From the NCBI RefSeq assembly GCF_964204645.1, contig NC_134026.1:31115432-31179431 (forward strand): 64,000 nucleotides of DNA, in the 5' to 3' direction. Made by a program: the position numbers and the translations under genes. The stretch is from Tubulanus polymorphus (Eukaryota; Animalia; Nemertea). The notes under the pieces are model-generated. The model did no database searches, was not told where the DNA came from, and saw only the letters and a list, made by a program, of their open reading frames with translations. Positions 61,111 to 64,000 of the stretch are shown one piece after another (position 1 is the stretch's first letter; every line of letters begins with the position of its first letter).

Positions 61111-62369
61111 TAAAAGATCAATTTAATGAAATATTTTATATTTGACTATCACTGTGTATATTCGAACCCCAGTGATTTCATGAGAATGGAATAACTGAAG
61201 GTCCAGGTTTTATCACCGAATACTCTTTGACACAATTACGTGGTCCACAACACAGATATAAATAGTGGTTATATAAAAGGCCCATGTTGTATATAGTGCA
61301 CGCATAAAGAGCTTTTACTCGTAGTTGATATAGGCTTTGTAAATATGAAATGTGATTGAGAACTTTTTCTCATACTTTCTTTTCCTTTTTTCTTATAATT
61401 TTATTATCAATTTTCTACCAACAACAGAAAATGCACTCATTTTCAGTCGGTGTTTCACAATAATGGAATGCAACAAATAAAAAAAAAAAGTGCAAGTGTA
61501 TTTTTCATATGATATTTTCAGCATCTCGACGTATGAAATTGACGTAGATTATTGAAGCGTAGATTCAGAAAATCACTACTAGGTGGCGTGTCAGATTATT
61601 AGTTCAATGACATCAGATAGATATAATAATACAACCACTTGTAGTACAAACAGTAACAACAAACTTTATTTTCCTGCACAATATACAAATCGTAGTAAAG
61701 TCCAATACTATCTTTGAATTAGAACTTCCTCTAGCCTAAATGCTTGCAGTCATGTTATTATTTTTATTGGACATCATCTCAGTTTTTTAGTCTTTGAACG
61801 TAATGATAATCTATAGTATTTTTGGAAATGATATAAAACAACGCTACTTTGATGTCATCATAACAAAATATGTCGCTGAAAACATCATATAGAAAATACA
61901 CTCAGATTTTTTTATTTTATTTATTTCGTTCCATACAAAACCGTACTCAGTTCCACAGTTTGATTTGGATACAAGAATTTAAATACATACAATTGCACAA
62001 CTGTTGAACTGGGATTTGTTAAATTGTGAGCATGACGTTTATAATTAATCACTAGTGTGTTTCAAGTTAGCCTTAGTTTAGATTAGTTTGTTTTTGTTAA
62101 GTCATTTTATTAATTTTTTTGCGGTTTTAAATTTAATTTGTTCCAGTTGATTTAAGTCTAGTTTAGTTTAAGTTTAAGTTTGTTTAGGTCAAGTTGATTA
62201 AGTTGTAACTATTGATGTTAACTTAAAGTATGTATAAACCTCTGATAAACTGAGGGTCAATTTATCTTATGATAAGTTACACTCAGGTTATTAATCACTA
62301 ATCCCTTTTGAGATCTCATTATTTTATGCAGTTCAGAGATTTTCACTGAATAAAATAGTAACATCTTGG

Positions 62370-63235
62370 AATATGATGAACTGAGGGTCAATTCATCAAT
62401 GATGAAATAACTCTCAGGATCATCAATAAAACAATGAATGAAATGAGGGTAAATTCATCATTGTTGAAATCACTCTCAGGATCATCATTAAAACAATGAA
62501 TGAACTGAGGGTAAATTCATCATTGTTGAAATCACTCTCAGGATCATCATTAAAACAATGAATGAACTGAGGGTAAATTCATCATTGTTGAAATCACTCT
62601 CAGGATCATCATTAAAACAATGAATGAACTGAGGGTAGGTAAATTCATCATTGTTGAAATCACTCTCAGGATCATCATTAAAACAATGAATGAACTGAGG
62701 GTGAATTCATCATTATTGAAATCACTCTCAGGATCATCATTAAAACAATGAATGAACTGAGGGTAAATTCATCATTGTTGAAATCACTCTCAGGATCATC
62801 ATTAAAACAATGAATGAACTGAGGGTAAATTCATCGTTGTTGAAACTACTCTCAGGATCATCATTAAAACAATGAATGAACTGAGGGTGAATTCATCATT
62901 ATTGAAATCACTCTCAGGATCATCATTAAAACAATGAATGAACTGAGGGTGAATTCATCATTATTGAAATCACTCTCAGGATCATCATTAAAACAATGAA
63001 TGAACTGAGGGTAAATTCATCATTGTTGAAACTACTCTCAGGATCATCATTAAAACAATGAATGAACTGAGGGTAAATTCATCATTGTTGAAACTACTCT
63101 CAGGATCATCATTAAAACAATGAATGAACTGAGGGTAAATTCATCATTGTTGAAATCACTCTCAGGATCATCATTAAAACAATGAATGAACTGAGGGTAA
63201 ATTCATCATTGTTGAAATCACTCTCAGTTCATTGC
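62370..63235. repeat. 60-bp satellite, ~14 units, each unit self-complementary
   Basis: Unit 'aatgaatgaactgagggtaaattcatcattgttgaaatcactctcaggatcatcattaaaacaatg'. Within each unit 'ctgagggt' faces 'actctcag'. Confidence 0.95.
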
Positions 63236-64000
63236 AAATATTTTAGCGTTAACAGCAGTTTTAATTACCCCCTTGTTTTCTTGTTATTGATAGTTACATC
63301 AGAAGTTATAGAGTTTTTATCTTTTTTTCACCGCTTTCAAGGTTCTCGTACACATTTCATGCAGCTTTTTCATTCAATATCAATATCATCTTCACTTGCC
63401 AGGTTTTAATTGTCGTCTGCCGAAGCTCATGCCAACATAAATCCTGGCTGCCAACTCTTCAGTGGTCTACTACATTGCTCAAGATTTCTTGGGTAGACAG
63501 GTTACCACTGAGCAGCCACCAGTCTATGTATTAAGTCAATCAGATGCATTGTTTTTTCCCGATTCGCTACACACATGATTGACTAGATATAAAGACTGGT
63601 GGCCGCTTAGCAGCAACCTGTCGACCCGAGATAGCTTGGACAATGTAAGAGACCAATGAAGGGTTTGTGACTGGGGTTTGTGTAAGCGTGAGTGCCGGTG
63701 GGCGACAATAAAACCCTGGTGATTGGGGATGTATCGATGTACATATCAACACTCAAAAAGCCAAACATAATAGGCGGCATTATTATTGGGAGGTGCACCT
63801 GGCCTAATATACCGCGCGGTAAAAACCACTCTTTCTGTGGTTGTGTAGTACCAGTAATTGATGATCATCGAGTGAGTGATTGGCCTGGCCCAGTTATTCC
63901 ATTCTGAAATCACTTGGGTTCCGATTATGATTGACAAATATAGAATATTTCATCAAATTGATCGACACATTTTATCCGTACTTGTACATATTGTAAATAT

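Noticed and set aside
1-64000. Search for a prokaryotic defence or accessory system (CRISPR arrays, RM or toxin-antitoxin operons, integrases)
   Set aside because: The window is unmistakably eukaryotic: spliced genes with human orthologs, Pol II/Pol III elements, telomeric hexamers and MITEs. I found no operon-like ORF runs, no CRISPR-like spaced direct repeats (every repeat array is head-to-tail with no unique spacers) and no RBS-coupled genes.

Overview
This window is eukaryotic (metazoan, probably a TTAGGG-telomere invertebrate) nuclear DNA, not a prokaryotic locus. It has multi-exon genes with canonical GT-AG introns, poly(A) signals, Pol II and Pol III promoter elements, interstitial (TTAGGG)n tracts, many MITEs and many mini/satellite arrays. 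I found no prokaryotic-style defence or accessory system. Gene content I can support by translating exons myself is as follows. A 5'-truncated ionotropic glutamate receptor gene lies at 1276-7830 on the + strand. A 60-bp minisatellite follows. A compact cluster of five genome-maintenance and housekeeping genes sits in alternating orientation: NCAPH/condensin kleisin (-), DDX56 (+), BCCIP (-), an uncharacterised gene whose product carries a Ku-binding-motif-like 'KRQLPAWM' peptide and a coding 30-bp minisatellite (+), and RNASEH2A (-). VPS51 follows on the + strand at 28902-38421. The 12 kb from 38.4 to 50.7 kb is repeat-rich with no confident gene. It is followed by a tRNA-Asp-derived Pol III relic, a CRE+TATA promoter and an orphan two-coding-exon gene encoding a low-complexity basic/Pro/Thr-rich protein (51520-57787). 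The last 6 kb is dominated by tandem repeats. Several MITE families recur in introns (TIRs GGGCC.GTTCCATAGTC, GGACCCAGTTCCACAGTT and GCCGCGATC, plus several singletons). All coordinates were derived by hand, so expect errors of ±1-3 nt at splice junctions.
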